Origin: Macrostomum lignano
Lineage: Eukaryota
Assembly: GCA_002269645.1 (NCBI GenBank)
Contig: NIVC01002360.1
Location: 62,001 to 126,000 of the forward strand
Direction of reading: 5' to 3'
Length of the DNA stretch: 64,000 bases
Shown: positions 19,660 to 34,190 of the stretch, one piece after another
Layout of the letters: every line of letters starts with the position of its first letter
How positions within the stretch are numbered: the first letter of the stretch is position 1
Position numbers and translations under genes: made by a program
The notes under the pieces: model-generated
What the model saw: only the letters and a program-made list of their open reading frames with translations
Told to the model about the DNA's origin: nothing
Databases searched by the model: none

Positions 19660-20975
19660 AGCTCAGATAAACAATGAGAATAGTTGAGATAAACTATGAG
19701 AATAGTTGAGATAAACTATGAGAACAGTTGAGATAAATTATGAGAACAGTTGAGATAAAGTATGAGAACAGTTGAGATAAACTATGAGAATAGTTGAGAT
19801 AAACTACGAGAATAGTTGAGATAAACTATGAGAATAGTTGAGATAAACTACGAGAACAGTTGAGATAAACTACGAGAACAGTTGAGATGAACTATGAGAA
19901 TAGTTAAGATAAACTATGAGAATAGTTGAGATAAACTATGAGAATAGTTGAGATAAACTATGAGAATAGTTGAGATAAACTATGAGAATAGTTGAGATAA
20001 ACTATGGGAATAGTTGAGATAAACTATGAGAATAGTTGAGATAAACTACGAGAACAGTTGAGATAAACTACGAGAACAGTTGAGATAAACTACGAGAACA
20101 GTTGAGATGAACTATGAGAACAGTTGAGATGAACTATGAGAACAGTTGAGATAAAGTATGAGAACAGTTGAAATATGAGAACAGTTGAGATAAAGTATGA
20201 GAACAGTTGAAATATGAGAACAGTTGAGATAAAGTATGAGAACAGTTGAGATATGAGAACAGTTGAGATAAAGTATGAGAACAGTTGAAATATGAGAACA
20301 GTTGAGATAAAGTATGAGAACAGTTGAAATATGAGAACAGTTGAGATAAAGTATGAGAACAGTTGAAATATGAGAACAGTTGAGATAAAGTATGAGAACA
20401 GTTGAGATAAAGTATGAGAACAGTTGAAATATGAGAACAGTTGAGATAAAGTATGAGAACAGTTGAGATAAAGTATGAGAACAGTTGAGATAAAGTATGA
20501 GAACAGTTGAGATAAAGTATGAGAACAGTTGAGATAAAGTATGAGAACAGTTGAGATAAAGTATGAGAACAGTTGAAATATGAGAACAGTTGAGATAAAG
20601 TATGAGAACAGTTGATATAAAGTACGAGAACAGTTGAGATGAACTATGAGAACAACTGAGATAAACTACGAGAACAGTTGAGATGAACTATGAGAACAAC
20701 TGAGATAAACTACGAGAACAGTTGAGATGAACTATGAGAACAACTGAGATAAACTACGAGAACAGTTGAGATGAACTATGAGAACAACTGAGATAAACTA
20801 CGAGAACAGTTGAGATGAACTATGAGAACAACTGAGATAAACTACGAGAACAGTTGAGATGAACTATGAGAACAACTGAGATAAACTACGAGAACAGTTG
20901 AGATGAACTATGAGAACAACTGAGATAAACTACGAGAACAGTTGAGATAAACTATGAGAACAACTGAGATAAACA
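19660..20975. repeat. 22-bp minisatellite (GAGAACAGTTGAGATAAACTAT) with variant sub-blocks
   Basis: Tandem units between the convergent 3' ends of the PDZ and peptide-precursor genes. Confidence 0.92.
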
Positions 20976-21387
20976 ATAAGACTATCAAGATCAACACAGA
21001 GACTTGGTCAATATTAACCAGTCAATTTTACTACACAAGTTGTTAAGCAAGCCAAGCTCAGGTAAACTGACTGATGTTTCTTCGCTGTTGTCAGAATCGC
21101 CCCGCAGTCCCTCAGTTTGCCTCTCAGTTTTACTTGCCTCCTTAGTCAAAATTGAATTTCTTCGAAATCAAATAAACAAAATAACTAATAATAAAGACGT
21201 GATTTTAATTGTGTGCAGGTTGACAAGTCTGAAACTCTACTTGGATTTTTATTTTGCTCTCAATGTGAAAGTCGAACTCTGTGAGAGCGGGATTGTGACT
21301 GGGTAGTCTCTCGTTTAAGACACTGTGTGACGTTCCGTGTTTGAATTTTTCAAATTATTTGTCAGCACTGGTGAGCGTCTCTCGCGG

Positions 21388-22784
<1,397 letters not shown>

Positions 22785-23295
22785 TGCGGAGATCAGGTGC
22801 TGCTTGAAAATCGAGTTTTTTGTATAACAGATCAGACCAGAGCCTCGGTCGGAGCAAAGTAGCTGCTAAGAACCCCGCCAGTTGCCAAGCTTTTAGGCTA
22901 AACGTGTCGCCTCCTCTCGGGACCCTGATTGGACGGCTGGGTTGCCTCCGGCTGCAGGATTCGCTCAACAGGTGGGCTGCCCGAGCTGCTCAGCTGGACT
23001 GCATGCGGATGTGTCTCAGCAGGGGGGGGGGCTAACTGGGGATTGTAAATTAACGAAGCAATTCATTAAAAGACCAATATATTACTGCCTTTAGCTTGCT
23101 TGCAGGGGGATTTCGGCACTGGAGGCAGGCTATGAGAACAGTTACTTTTAAAAGACAAAGCTAAAGTACGAGAATTTGCAACTAATCATATCACCTGATG
23201 AAATGAATGAAGGAGCTTTTAAGCTTCCGAACTCAACAATAGTGCGCTTCATCTGGCATCCCATTCACTTAGTAAATTTTCACTGTATTCACCTT

Positions 23296-24086
23296 CTGCT
23301 ATCTACTGTCTGCTATCTACTGTCTGCTATCTACTGGCTGCTATCTACTGTCTGCTATCTACTGTCTGCTATCTACTGTCTGCTATCTACTGTCTGCTAT
23401 CTACTGTCTGCTATCTACTGTCTGCTATCTACTGTCTGCTATCTACTGTCTGCTATCTACTGTCTGCTATCTACTGTCTGCTATCTACTGTCTGCTATCT
23501 ACTGTCTGCTATCTACTGTCTGCTATCTACTGTCTGCTATCTACTGTCTGCTATCTACTGTCTGCTATCTACTGTCTGCTATCTACTGTCTGCTATCTAC
23601 TGTCTGCTATCTACTGTCTGCTATCTACTGTCTGCTATCTACTGTCTGCTATCTACTGTCTGCTATCTACTGTCTGCTATCTACTGTCTGCTATCTACTG
23701 TCTGCTATCTACTGTCTGCTATCTACTGTCTGCTATCTACTGTCTGCTATCTACTGTCTGCTATCTACTGTCTGCTATCTACTGTCTGCTATCTACTGTC
23801 TGCTATCTACTGTCTGCTATCTACTGTCTGCTATCTACTGTCTGCTATCTACTGTCTGCTATCTACTGTCTGCTATCTACTGTCTGCTATCTACTGTCTG
23901 CTATCTACTGTCTGCTATCTACTGTCTGCTATCTACTGTCTTCTATCTACTGTCTGCTATCTACTGTCTGCTATCTACTGTCTGCTATCTACTGTCTGCT
24001 ATCTACTGTCTGCTATCTACTGTCTGCTATCTACTGTCTGCTATCTACTGTCTGCTATCTTCTGTCTGCTATCTACTGTCTGCTAT
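23296..24086. repeat. 14-bp minisatellite (CTGCTATCTACTGT), about 56 copies
   Basis: Near-perfect tandem array. Confidence 0.95.
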
Positions 24087-26000
24087 GCTGTTTCTATCGT
24101 CTTGCAGTCTGCCAGCCTTTAGACTAAAATCGAAGGTATTTCCGACTTCCATAGTAAAAAAACTGCACTTAATTCTAAGTGCAATTAAGTTATAAATGCA
24201 GGATAATGAAAATGGAACCAGACGTAATTGAAAGCCTTAAAGCAATTAAAACGATTTACGCCCACGTCAACTGTTGGAGACGGGCGCTGTATTGTTCCAC
24301 TGCTCACTCAAGCATTTCTCAAGCACTTTGCAGCCAGCTCAATGGAAAATTGGAATAATTATGCTTAATTGCATTATGTCTTTTTAAATAGCTAGCTATC
24401 AAATTTTAGTTTATTTACAAGAAACACCTTATAAAAGGGGCCAATTTTATAAAGCCTTGATCATAGACAAAAATCGATGGAACCGTTGATTTTATCATGT
24501 GCCACTTTTATAAAGAAGTGATAGAAAATCTGTCCACTGCGGGCATCCTGCCATAGACATATTGCGCTGTTGCCCAGATAGGATAAATGGATTTTATAAA
24601 ACTTGTATCGGCCCACCACTGATGAAAAGCTAGCGATAAAATCATACGATTTTCAATCCTGCTTGTGACTAGGATAAGTCTTCATCATCATCATGGATTT
24701 TATTCAAATTTGGGATGTTGAGGACGAGGCGCACAACCGGGCTCCTCGATTGTTCACTCCCCGCGAATTTTTCGACGGCGAGACCGACTTCTATGGGAGA
24801 ACTTCCAAATATGGGACTAAATAAAGTTCTTTCCATTCATACCCTTTTACGCACTGGTTGATTAATTACCAACGCTGACTCAGTTTTCATCATGGCTTTA
24901 TAAAATAGGACTATCGTTAAATAATCCTATTTAACGATAAACGAGTCACGAGCGACGTCCCACTTCAATCGCCTGATTTTAGCGCTGAGCGTGGCGACCT
25001 AAAAGTATCTGCTTGTTGACTGCGAACAAAGGGACTTTAATGGAGTTCTGCCGACTGCAGTGCTAGAGAAAAATGGATCCCGTGTTCTATTTTTCCAATA
25101 AGTGAGTACCTCTGAACGCCACTTGGGCATTGAACTATCAAATGTACTGTAAAGACGGCGTGGGTTGCACCACAAGACTATATTAAATCGTTACTGTTGT
25201 CCTCTTTGTAATGTTGCACTTTTACGAGCGTAATGTTTTAAATACAATCGTTTCGGCTTCGTCTATGGCCCAGCCCGATATCGGGCAGAGAATGGACCGT
25301 TTCTTAAGCAGTCTTGCCCGCAAAATCAAGCAGGAATAGCTCAGCCAACAGCAGCGCTTGCACGATGCATCACGTGACAGAATTCAGGCCATAGATTTGT
25401 TCAGCCAATCTACTTCCTACTTCAGGAAGTAAATTTTAGTTAGCAGAAGAAAGTAACTTTTGTCTAACTGTGAAACTTTTCAATCTTACCACATATATCA
25501 GTAAAATAACTAAACATGTCACTCGCAATAAAAGTTGTAAAAGAGTACGGTACGGCGTCCACTCTTTTTTCCAATAGTTTGTCTGCGCAGCGTCACTTCA
25601 ATTTACGAGCTATTATGGTCCAGCTAAAATTTCCTTCCTACTGAGGGTTTGCGGCCTCAGGAGCATATGAGGAATCAACATCAAGCATTTGTCTCGATGT
25701 ACACAAGACGGACGAAACTTATAGCTCAGCCAATGAGAGAGCAGTAAGGAAAGAGGTCGAAGTCAGACGGACGAAGCTCAGCCGGGGGGGGGGGGGCAGG
25801 CCCAATCTAGCTCGGCCAATGAGAGCAGTGAGAGGTAAGCAGTTAGCTTAACTGTTTACCGGCCTGGCTGGGCATTGGCGTAGGAACAGGGGGCAGTGGG
25901 GCCAGTAATGGTATCTGGCCCCTCCACATTTTAAATGTAAAATGCAGACTTCTTGCTTATTTTTGGTTTTTTCTGCTTTGCATGAATGCATTTTGCTTCA

Positions 26001-26385
26001 GGGCGACAAAACTGCCTGCGGCGCCAAAATGAGTGCATGCGGCGCCAAAATGAGTGCCTGCGGCGCCAAAATGAGTGCCTGCGGCGCTAAAATGAATGCC
26101 TGCGGCGCTAAAATGAGTGCCTGCGGCGCTAAAATGAGTGCCTGCGGCGCCAAAATGAATGCCTGCGGCGCTAAAATGAATGCCTGCGGCGCTAAAATGA
26201 GTGCATGCGGCGCCAAAATGAGTTCCTGCGGCGCCAAAATGAGTGCCTGCGGCGTTAAAATGAGTGCCTGCGGCGCCAAAATGAGTGCATGCGGCGCCAA
26301 AATGAGTTCTTGCGGCGCTAAAATGAGTGCCTGCGGCGCTAAAATGAATGCCTGCGGCGCTAAAATGAGTGCCTGCGGCGCCAAA
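26001..26385. repeat. 21-bp minisatellite (GCCTGCGGCGCCAAAATGAGT), about 18 copies
   Basis: Tandem units. Confidence 0.92.
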
Positions 26386-27428
26386 AGTTTCTCCGCAATC
26401 CTCAGTCTAAAACTAATTTCTTTATAAATAATTTCGATTATTGGGGCAATCTGGAGTCGGTAAATTTGATGCAAATTCAAGGGTCTGCTTTTAGAAAGCC
26501 AAACACGATTTTTGCAGCTTCAGAAACTTTTTCAGAAAACATCTTGTAAAATAAAGAATAGTTTAATACAGAAGACTACTCAGCGCCGTTCTGGAAAATT
26601 TTATGTATCTAAAATGTTTAAAAAAATGTTAAACTTTTTTTACTGTTTCATTACAACAGTATTCACACTACTGTTAAGTAGTAGCACCAGAAAATTTGCA
26701 CCGTTTTGAGGTAAACAAACAGAAAACTTATTACTTGAATCAGTTAGCAGTTTTCTTTTTTACGGAAGGTACGTAATTTGTGGGCCAGGTGTTTCTGAAG
26801 CTCTCTCAACCAGCTTCTCCTTTGATTAGCCCTTCCAGTTGACCGAGTCCCGAGCCCTCCCCCGTGATGAGTGAGCACTCAATTTAGCGGCATCCCTTCA
26901 GAGCAGAATTCTGTTAAAGCTCTCTTTCGGTCTTCTTTCAGTTGTTTTCAACTGCCTTTCTGCAACAACAGAAGTGCAGCAGCTCAGCTCTTCAATCCGT
27001 CTGTTGTTGCACGGTGTAACCATTCATTTCTCAGTGGCAGCTCTGCTGCCACAAGCTCACCCGACTCCCTCCCGTGATTACGGAATTTCTGCGTCTATGG
27101 CAAACAGACTTCCTACCCCAGCACCCCTTTAGTCTCCCGCAGTCGGCAGTAGAGCTGCCGCAAAAATTGTTTCGTTAATTGGAAATTAAACTTGGATGAA
27201 AAATTAGGGAATTGAACAAAGAGTTGGTTTTAGAATCACGCGACTTTTATTTGATTTAACAATCTTAGATATAACAAGACGAGTAGTATACTATTAGAAA
27301 GCCAGCACAGAAAACAACAACATAACTGTATAAAAAACCGCATTTTCAGAAGTAGAGAGAAAACAGCATGGCAGTATGAATAACAGTGTCAAGCAGCTTG
27401 TTCCAGCATACTCCATCAGCATGTGCTT

Positions 27429-29973
27429 TTAGTTTTGGGCCTGTTGCCATGCTCTGAAGCAAAGCTCAGGGCACAAGCTTAGCTGCCCGTTGCAAGCGGC
27501 GCAGAGAAGACAGTTCGCTTCTGCAGGCCAGCATTGCTGCGAATTCGACAGTGCTTTGTTGGGTGTCGCTGTGTGGCAGTAGCTGGCAAGCGCGTTGGCA
27601 GATGCAGCGCAGCAGCAACATTTTGCTCGAGTTGCTTCTTCTTCTTTTCTTCCACCGCCCCACAACGCTGCCGCTGGCAGCTGGGGGAAGGGCGCTCAGA
27701 GGCGCCCCAACCTGCGAAGGAGGGCGAGAAGGCGCTCCGGGTCGTCGCGGATGTCCCTCTCGTCCTCAGTGCTCGCCCGAAGGGCGTCGCCGCGTGGGCA
27801 TTCAAGGATGATATGCTCCTCCGTGTCGGGCGCCCCGCAGTCGGGACAGCTGGCGTTCTCAGTCAGGCCGACCCGGTGACGTGTGGCCCCGGCCAAGGTG
27901 GAGCACCCGGCTCTGAGTTGGTTAATCGCCACCGTTTCTTTCCTGGTCAGGTGTCGTGGTGGTCGTTGCCATGCAGGGGCGTCCAAGCAGTTCCTGGTCG
28001 CGGGCGGACCGCGTGCGTCGGATGGCGGCCTTGGCGGTCTGCAGCGTAATGGGTTCGTCCTGCTGTTGGCCGCGTCTAGCTTCGTTGGCGCAGCGGTCTG
28101 CTTGCTCATTGCCCGGGACGTCGCAGTGGGCCGGGACCCAGACGAAGTCGCACGGGCGCGACATGTGGGCCAGTACCTCCCAGCAGCGGCTTCCGGCGGC
28201 GGTGTCCTGCCTACTGGGGCCGCTCTGGAGGGCCGTGAGTGCTGATTTGGAGTCGCTGAGGATCCGCACTGTAAGGCCGTGCTCTGGCGGGAGTTGAATA
28301 ATATTGTCGAGGGCGGCGCTGATCGCGACCATCTCCGCCTGGAAGCTGCATGCGATCCGGCCGGCCGATGCATCCGGGGCATCCACGATGCATGGGGTGC
28401 CGCGGTGGTCTGTACCCGCCTCTGGTGCCAAAAGATCACCGCTCGAGTTGCTGCTGCTGCAGCGGGAGCCATCCACCTCGCAAGCGCCCAACGCCGGTAT
28501 CGCAGACTAAAATTCGCTGACATGCTTCTAAATAATGCAAGAACGTGCGGGAACCGCCAATGTGCTTACAGGCAATAAAGGAGTTGAGAACAAGTTGCAG
28601 CAAGAGATAGGAGGCCAGCTTGAAAAACCACTTCTGCGTTCTTCTACTTGTCTTGTAGGACTCACAACTAGCGTCCATCCTGTCCACTCCTCCCATGCTT
28701 TGGTTGTAGTCTAGAGCTGTCTGAGACTTCAACAGTTGCTGCTCCTGACCGCCTCGCTGAACCCTTGTAACTTGCATACAGTTGGCCGAGCCGGCACTGT
28801 CTGGCATGTACACGGTCTTTAGGCCAGAGGCTCGCCGATCCACAATCTTCACAGCAAGCAGATCCCCACGCCTAGAAAAGGCGTTGGATGGTGGGTGCAA
28901 CACCTGCTGCTTCAGAGCCGCGGGAACGCCGCGTTGTGCTCGCACTGTGCCTGTCAACAGAGTGTCTGTCTGGAGCAACCAGTCAGCGAGCCGTGCCGAG
29001 CAAAACTAGGTGTCACAAAAGATCCTGTACCCGAGGTCCAAGATATCCCGAGACAGTTCTACGACGATGCGTTTCGAGAGCGACAGCTGCTGCGCATCCT
29101 GGCCGAACAGGTTGTTTTGGGCCGCAGTGGAGTGGATCAGAAAGTTCCACAAATAGCCGCTGTTCGATTCGGCTAGACAATACAGCTTGATGCCGAGCTT
29201 TGCCTTTTTGTTGGGCATGTACTGAAGAAAGTGGAGCCTACCTTTGTAAAATAGCAATGACTCGTCAACAGAAATATGTTGATGTGGCATGTACTTATTT
29301 TGACAGATGGACTGGACTTTGTTCAAAAAAGGTCTGATCTTGCAAAGCGGATCAGCTTCGTTCACATCCGTGCAATCGTAGCAGCGAAACCAGGTCATGG
29401 TGAGCTGAAACCTGTTACGCGACAGACATGACTCATGGTGGAAGAAGTCCTGATGAGGCTAATATCGGTTGACCAATACATGCTAATAACTGGCTTCTGC
29501 ACTACTCCCATGTGCAGCAGAATTCCGATAAACTTCTTCATTTCATTCAAGTTGCATGGCTTCCAATTTAGGAGCTTCCATGGCAGCTCTCCGTTTTCTT
29601 GTTGAATTTGCGTGACAGCTCTGTCTGATCTGGCGTTTGTCCAGTCGCACAAACTTTGCAGCAGACTGTCGGGAAGAAACTGACCAAGGATGGCAGCCAC
29701 ACCATTTTCGATGTTGTCCGGCACAAGAAAATCCGGATGCAGACCAGGCAAGCCGAGAAACTCGGGAAGTGGGTTGGGCCGATGATCCGTTTCCGGAGTG
29801 GTATCATGCCAGTTATCTTCGATGTTGTCTGGCGGATTCACAATCTGGACCTCCTCAAGGTCACTCTGCTCATCAGAGGAGCCTCCACTGGTACCAGATG
29901 CAGTCACGTATGATTCGTCATCTGAGTCGCTATCCAAGCCCAAATTTTGAAGGGTTGGATTGCCAGTTTGCAT
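27429..29973 (-). pseudogene. Inactivated piggyBac (PGBD4-like) transposase, interrupted by a LINE insertion
   Basis: Motifs EMKKFIGILLHMG, ISVDESLLFYKGR, K.GIKLYCLAES, FCDT*, TGTVR and YNQSMGGVDRMD give the DDD triad. There is a frameshift at ~29440 and a TAG at 29006-29008. A degenerate Cys-rich tail (PTKHCRIRSNAGLQKRTVF/CAACNGQLSLCPELCFRAW) lies at 27429-27570. TIRs and TTAA were not located. Confidence 0.9.
27637..28440 (-). mobile_element. 5'-truncated RNase H-bearing LINE (Ingi-like) with 12-bp TSD
   Basis: TSD GCTCGAGTTGCT at 27625-27636 and 28441-28452. RNase H motifs FQAEMVAI, ILSDSKSAL and WVPAHCDVPGNEQAD. Zinc knuckle CPDCGAPDTEEHIILECP and an (AAG)n tail. Confidence 0.9.
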
Positions 29974-30595
29974 TGTAGAATATAGTTTGAAAAATTATAT
30001 TTGTGGAATATTGATGAAAAATATTTTTGATTGGTTTATCCTCATTTCACAGGAAGAGAACATATATGCAATACTGTATTGCATTCATCCCTTTGAAAAC
30101 CCAAATCTTATTGTCTATGGCAATCACTTACGTAGAAATTTCTATGCTTGCAATACTTTGTGTCATCTCTTTACACTACGCATAATAAATGAGATGGATA
30201 TACGAAGCAATATCTGTTTATGGCAAAAAAGTGACTTCGGTTTGTCTATGTAAAGCTCTCACACCAGTCCTTGGCTGCTTCTGGAAGCATGGCTGGTAGC
30301 TATTTTTAGCTGGCTCTGACTCGATCTGCTGGCCATAGACAGCGGGTGTAGTTAGAATTATATTGTGTCTAGATTTCGCAGGCCACATCACGGGCCGAAA
30401 TGAAGATATGTGAGCCTAGTCTATGGCCAAACTTTTGCCAGAACGATTGAGTATAACATATGTACTCGTAATTAACGTATACTTAAAAGTTGTATCAAAT
30501 AACCATTAAATGTATCAATAATTGTCACATACATTGCTAGCAAAATTCATTGTCCGTTACAGGTTCACATCTTGCTTCCATTCACCGCTTGTCTC

Positions 30596-30990
30596 CTACA
30601 AGAAGAAGCTAATTTTAGCTCCATCCTTCTCCAGAGTAGCTATTGGGTTGCGCGACGGGCCAGGCTCATTGTACTCCGTCTGGCGGTGCTCCATTGAAAC
30701 CACCTTCGACATCTTCGACTCTGAGTGCAATGCTTCCGTGATACTGCGAGAAACCTGGATCTTTCTCTTCTCAGAGATGCGCTTGGTGTATCGATTGACG
30801 GATTCATCGCGGCGATGACCTACAAAAAATCGGTTTCTTTAGAGTGATGCTATAATCTATAACTTAGCACACTACAAAAACAACTGAACACTGACCTGTT
30901 ACAGCCTTGATTTCATCCATAGAGTGTCAAGTCCGGAGTCTAGATATCTCCAGTCGCAATTCTTGACAAATTGATCATTTTTCTCTAGCT
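30596..30990 (-). pseudogene. Crypton-like tyrosine recombinase C-terminal fragment (copy 1)
   Basis: Degraded ATG.ISRLRT*HSMDEIKAVTG|HRRDESVNRYTKRISEKRKIQVSRSITEAL across a 76-nt GT-AG intron (30895-30820); TAG at 30598-30596. Confidence 0.65.
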
Positions 30991-31571
30991 CAGCAGGTTG
31001 ACAAAAAACGAAGCTAAATTCAGAATGAAAAGAATTCTGATATCCACTACTTAACTGCAGTCAGACTCTGGTTGATTTTATCTATGGTTAAAATGTGGGG
31101 GCGAAGCCCCCCACCCCAGTTTTTGCACTCAGCCACGCTCCGGGCAGAGACAGCGATTCGGCTCGGGATTATAGTCTATGGTAAAGATGGTATATCGAAA
31201 ACTGCATACTTTGCTTAGCCGTGCATCTAGGAGCGGGCCGAAAGGAAGTGATGCGGCCCGCGAAGTATGACCCAATAGAAATATGTCTATGCTTCCTCGG
31301 GCCGAGACGGCACATTGTCGTTTGACCACAGCGTGCAGGAATGATTTTTTCGATTTATTATCGTGCAGGAATGTCTGTGTCTATGGTAGAAATCACTTGA
31401 CATACGTTAGCTTATCGTGCAGGAATGACTTCATTCCTGCACGATTTAACAGTTTTTTTAGAAGCAACTGAATATGTAATCAATAACAATATGGAAGAAC
31501 AAAAAGGATAATAAGTGGAACTAGGGAAACAGTTAATGAGTCTATAGACCTACTCACACCCCTCTCGGCAT

Positions 31572-32081
31572 TTACTCGAAAATAAACTGCACAACATTCG
31601 TTTCGCCGTTTGCCAAAATCTTCATCCGCTTAGTGGGGGCTGCTACAAGTGTGGTGGTCGATTCTTCAACAACCAGTGACTTCTTGACAGTTGACATTGA
31701 CGCTGATCCGCACGGGTCGGTAGTCGCAACAGCCCTTGTAGGAGCGTCGCTCAGGGCGCACGGTCGGTAGTTGTAACAGCCCTTGCAGGAGCTTCGCTCA
31801 ATGTAGAACTTGGTGCCGGCATAGTTCCAGCTAGAGCGACTGTCAGCTGATCACTCATCCCTGCCATGATCGAGTCCCTCTTCTTGCCTCTCCGGATGTA
31901 TCGTTCTACCGACGCGCTATTCTGTGAATAGAGGTGGTGTTTAATAAATTCCTTGTCCATGTGTCAATAAACTTACTAAGAATAAAGAATTGCTCGCCTT
32001 GTGACCTGTCACCTTCGCAATTTTTTCGACAGAAAAGCCAGCTTCATGCAGCTCCGTAACAACTGTAGGTCGCACACAATG
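31572..32081 (-). pseudogene. Crypton-like tyrosine recombinase C-terminal fragment (copy 2)
   Basis: HCVRPTVVTELHEAGFSVEKIAKVTGHK|NSASVERYIRR contains the HxxR...GH...Y catalytic motifs, across a 76-nt GC-AG intron (31997-31922). A frameshift falls in a short tandem duplication at ~31750. Confidence 0.75.
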
Positions 32082-33359
32082 CTGAACACACTTTCAATAA
32101 ACATTTCGTCGCCACTTAATCCAGACACCGTAGCGTAGCGAAAATCAATTTATGGAGGATTCAGAGCCGATTCGATTACAGACGCCATAGTCAATAAGCT
32201 TTATACACTTTTATATAAACTCTCCACTCAATTTTCATCTCTTCTTAACGTTTCTCGAAAACCGTGCAGGAATGACTTTGTCTATGGTCAAAAGACAATG
32301 ATTTTCCTACACGCAAACTCGTGCGTCTATGGCAAAATGCACTCGTGCGCTTCGCGCACTCGTGCTTTTGCCATTGACGCACTCGTTTTCGTGCAGGAAT
32401 ATTACAATCCTCGGGCTGCTGCAAGCAGAAGCTTGCAAGCAACTTCGACCGATATTTTCACCCCATCACACTACTTCCTACTGATGCCTATTAATGTTTC
32501 CATTTTTTACAGCAAGTTATGGGAGGGAGTGGGGGTGAAATAAATTTCTAGCAGAAGTTTTCAGCTTTTAAATCAATGGCAGCAGAGCTGCTACGGGAGG
32601 CTACGGGGTTGAGCAAAAATAGACGCGGGAGGCTAATGGTTTTAAGCCAGCTCAATTGATAATCGCGTATCTTTAAGCGACGCCACGGACTTGATCTGCT
32701 CGTTCAACAACCGCACAGGTTGAGAATCATGTTCGGTAGTCGAGAACCTGCCCATCAGATAGAGATTAATTCAGCAGTTCAGGGATTAGTATTATGACGA
32801 CACATTCGATCTAATCCTAATCCTAATCCTAAGCTGCTTCATCAACAAGCTTGTTGATGAATGGCCTCCGTTATCTTGGCATGGCAGCGGATTTGAGCCG
32901 GTTTGCGGTTGTGCGAGTAAATAATTTTTCATGACGTGTATCTGTTGACATCCTGGCTTAAGCATAAAATCTTGATCATTTTCTTGGGAGAAAGTTTCGA
33001 AGATAGGTAATTTTTCAGTCTTTTCCGCACAAAAATTTGAATTTTGAGCATATCAATTGAAATTAAAGCCCAGCTGCGCGAGTTTAATGTTGGGATGACT
33101 ACTAGATATGCCGCTTCATTTTATCTACGAGTAAAACGTTTTTTGCCCCCATCCGACAATAAGCTCGTAGCTAGTGTATTTTCAGGTATTAAACTGTGCT
33201 AATAATTCAGACTCTCTGGTGGGTTGCTGCTGTGGTTTAGCGGTTGTGAAATTTTGCGTTTGTGAAAGCAACCCATCTCTGTCAAGTCCTTGGAGATCAA
33301 CTATGAAGCAACGTGACTACATGTACTCATACCTTCCTCGGTAACAAGAATCTGCTTGC

Positions 33360-34190
33360 CTTCTAGTCCTTTAGTGATTTAGTATTTTAATCCCGGTGTT
33401 TTAGTCCTTTAGTGTTTTAGTATTTTAATGCCGATGTTTTAGTCCTTTAGTGCTTTAGTATTTTAATCCCGGTGTTTTAGTCCTTTAGTGTTTTAGTATT
33501 TTAATGCCGATGTTTTAGTCCTTTAGTGCTTTAGTATTTTAATCCCGGTGTTTTAGTCCTTTAGTGCTTTAGTATTTTAATGCCGATGTTTTAGTCCTTT
33601 AGTGCTTTAGTATTTTAATGCCGGTGTTTTAGTCCTTTAGTGCCGGTTTTCTAGTCCTTTAGTGCCTGTGTTTAAGTATTTAATGCCGGTGTTTTAGTCC
33701 TTTAGTGCCGGTTTTCTAGTCCTTTAGTGCCGGTGTTTAAGTATTTAGTGCCGATTTTCTAGTCCTTTAGTGCTTGTGTCTTAGTCCTTTAGTGCCTGTG
33801 TTTTAGTCCTTTAGTGCTTGTGTCTTAGTCCTTTAGTGCCTGTGTTTTAGTCCTTTAGTGCTTGTGTCTTAGTCCTTTAGTGCTTGTGTCTTAGTCCTTT
33901 AGTGCCTGTGTTATAGTCCTTTGGTGCCTGTGTTTTAGTCCTTTAGTGCCTGTGTTTTAGTCCTTTAGTGCTTGTGTCTTAGTCCTTTAGTGCCTGTGTT
34001 TTAGTCCTTTAGTGCTTGTGTCTTAGTCCTTTAGTGCCTGTGTTTTAGTCCTTTAGTGCTTGTGTCTTAGTCCTTTAGTGCCTGTGTTTTAGTCCTTTAG
34101 TGCTTGTGTCTTAGTCCTTTAGTGCCGGCGTTTTAGTCCTTTAGTGCCTGTGTTTTAGTGTTTTTGTGTTGTAGTGTTTCCTTTAGTACT
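33360..34190. repeat. About 22-bp degenerate minisatellite (TTTTAGTCCTTTAGTGCCTGTG) with longer composite units at the left
   Basis: Recurrent TAGTCCTTTAGTG core. Confidence 0.9.

Noticed and set aside
24230-25950. Possible non-autonomous DNA transposon pieces
   Set aside because: I could not pair TIRs or find a TSD by eye.
27080-30500. piggyBac TIRs / TTAA boundaries
   Set aside because: No convincing inverted pair was found, so the element ends are left undefined.
32811-32833. (CTAATC)n telomere-like run; also GTTAGGGTTAGG near 40892
   Set aside because: Only 2-4 units, too short to call interstitial telomeric sequence.
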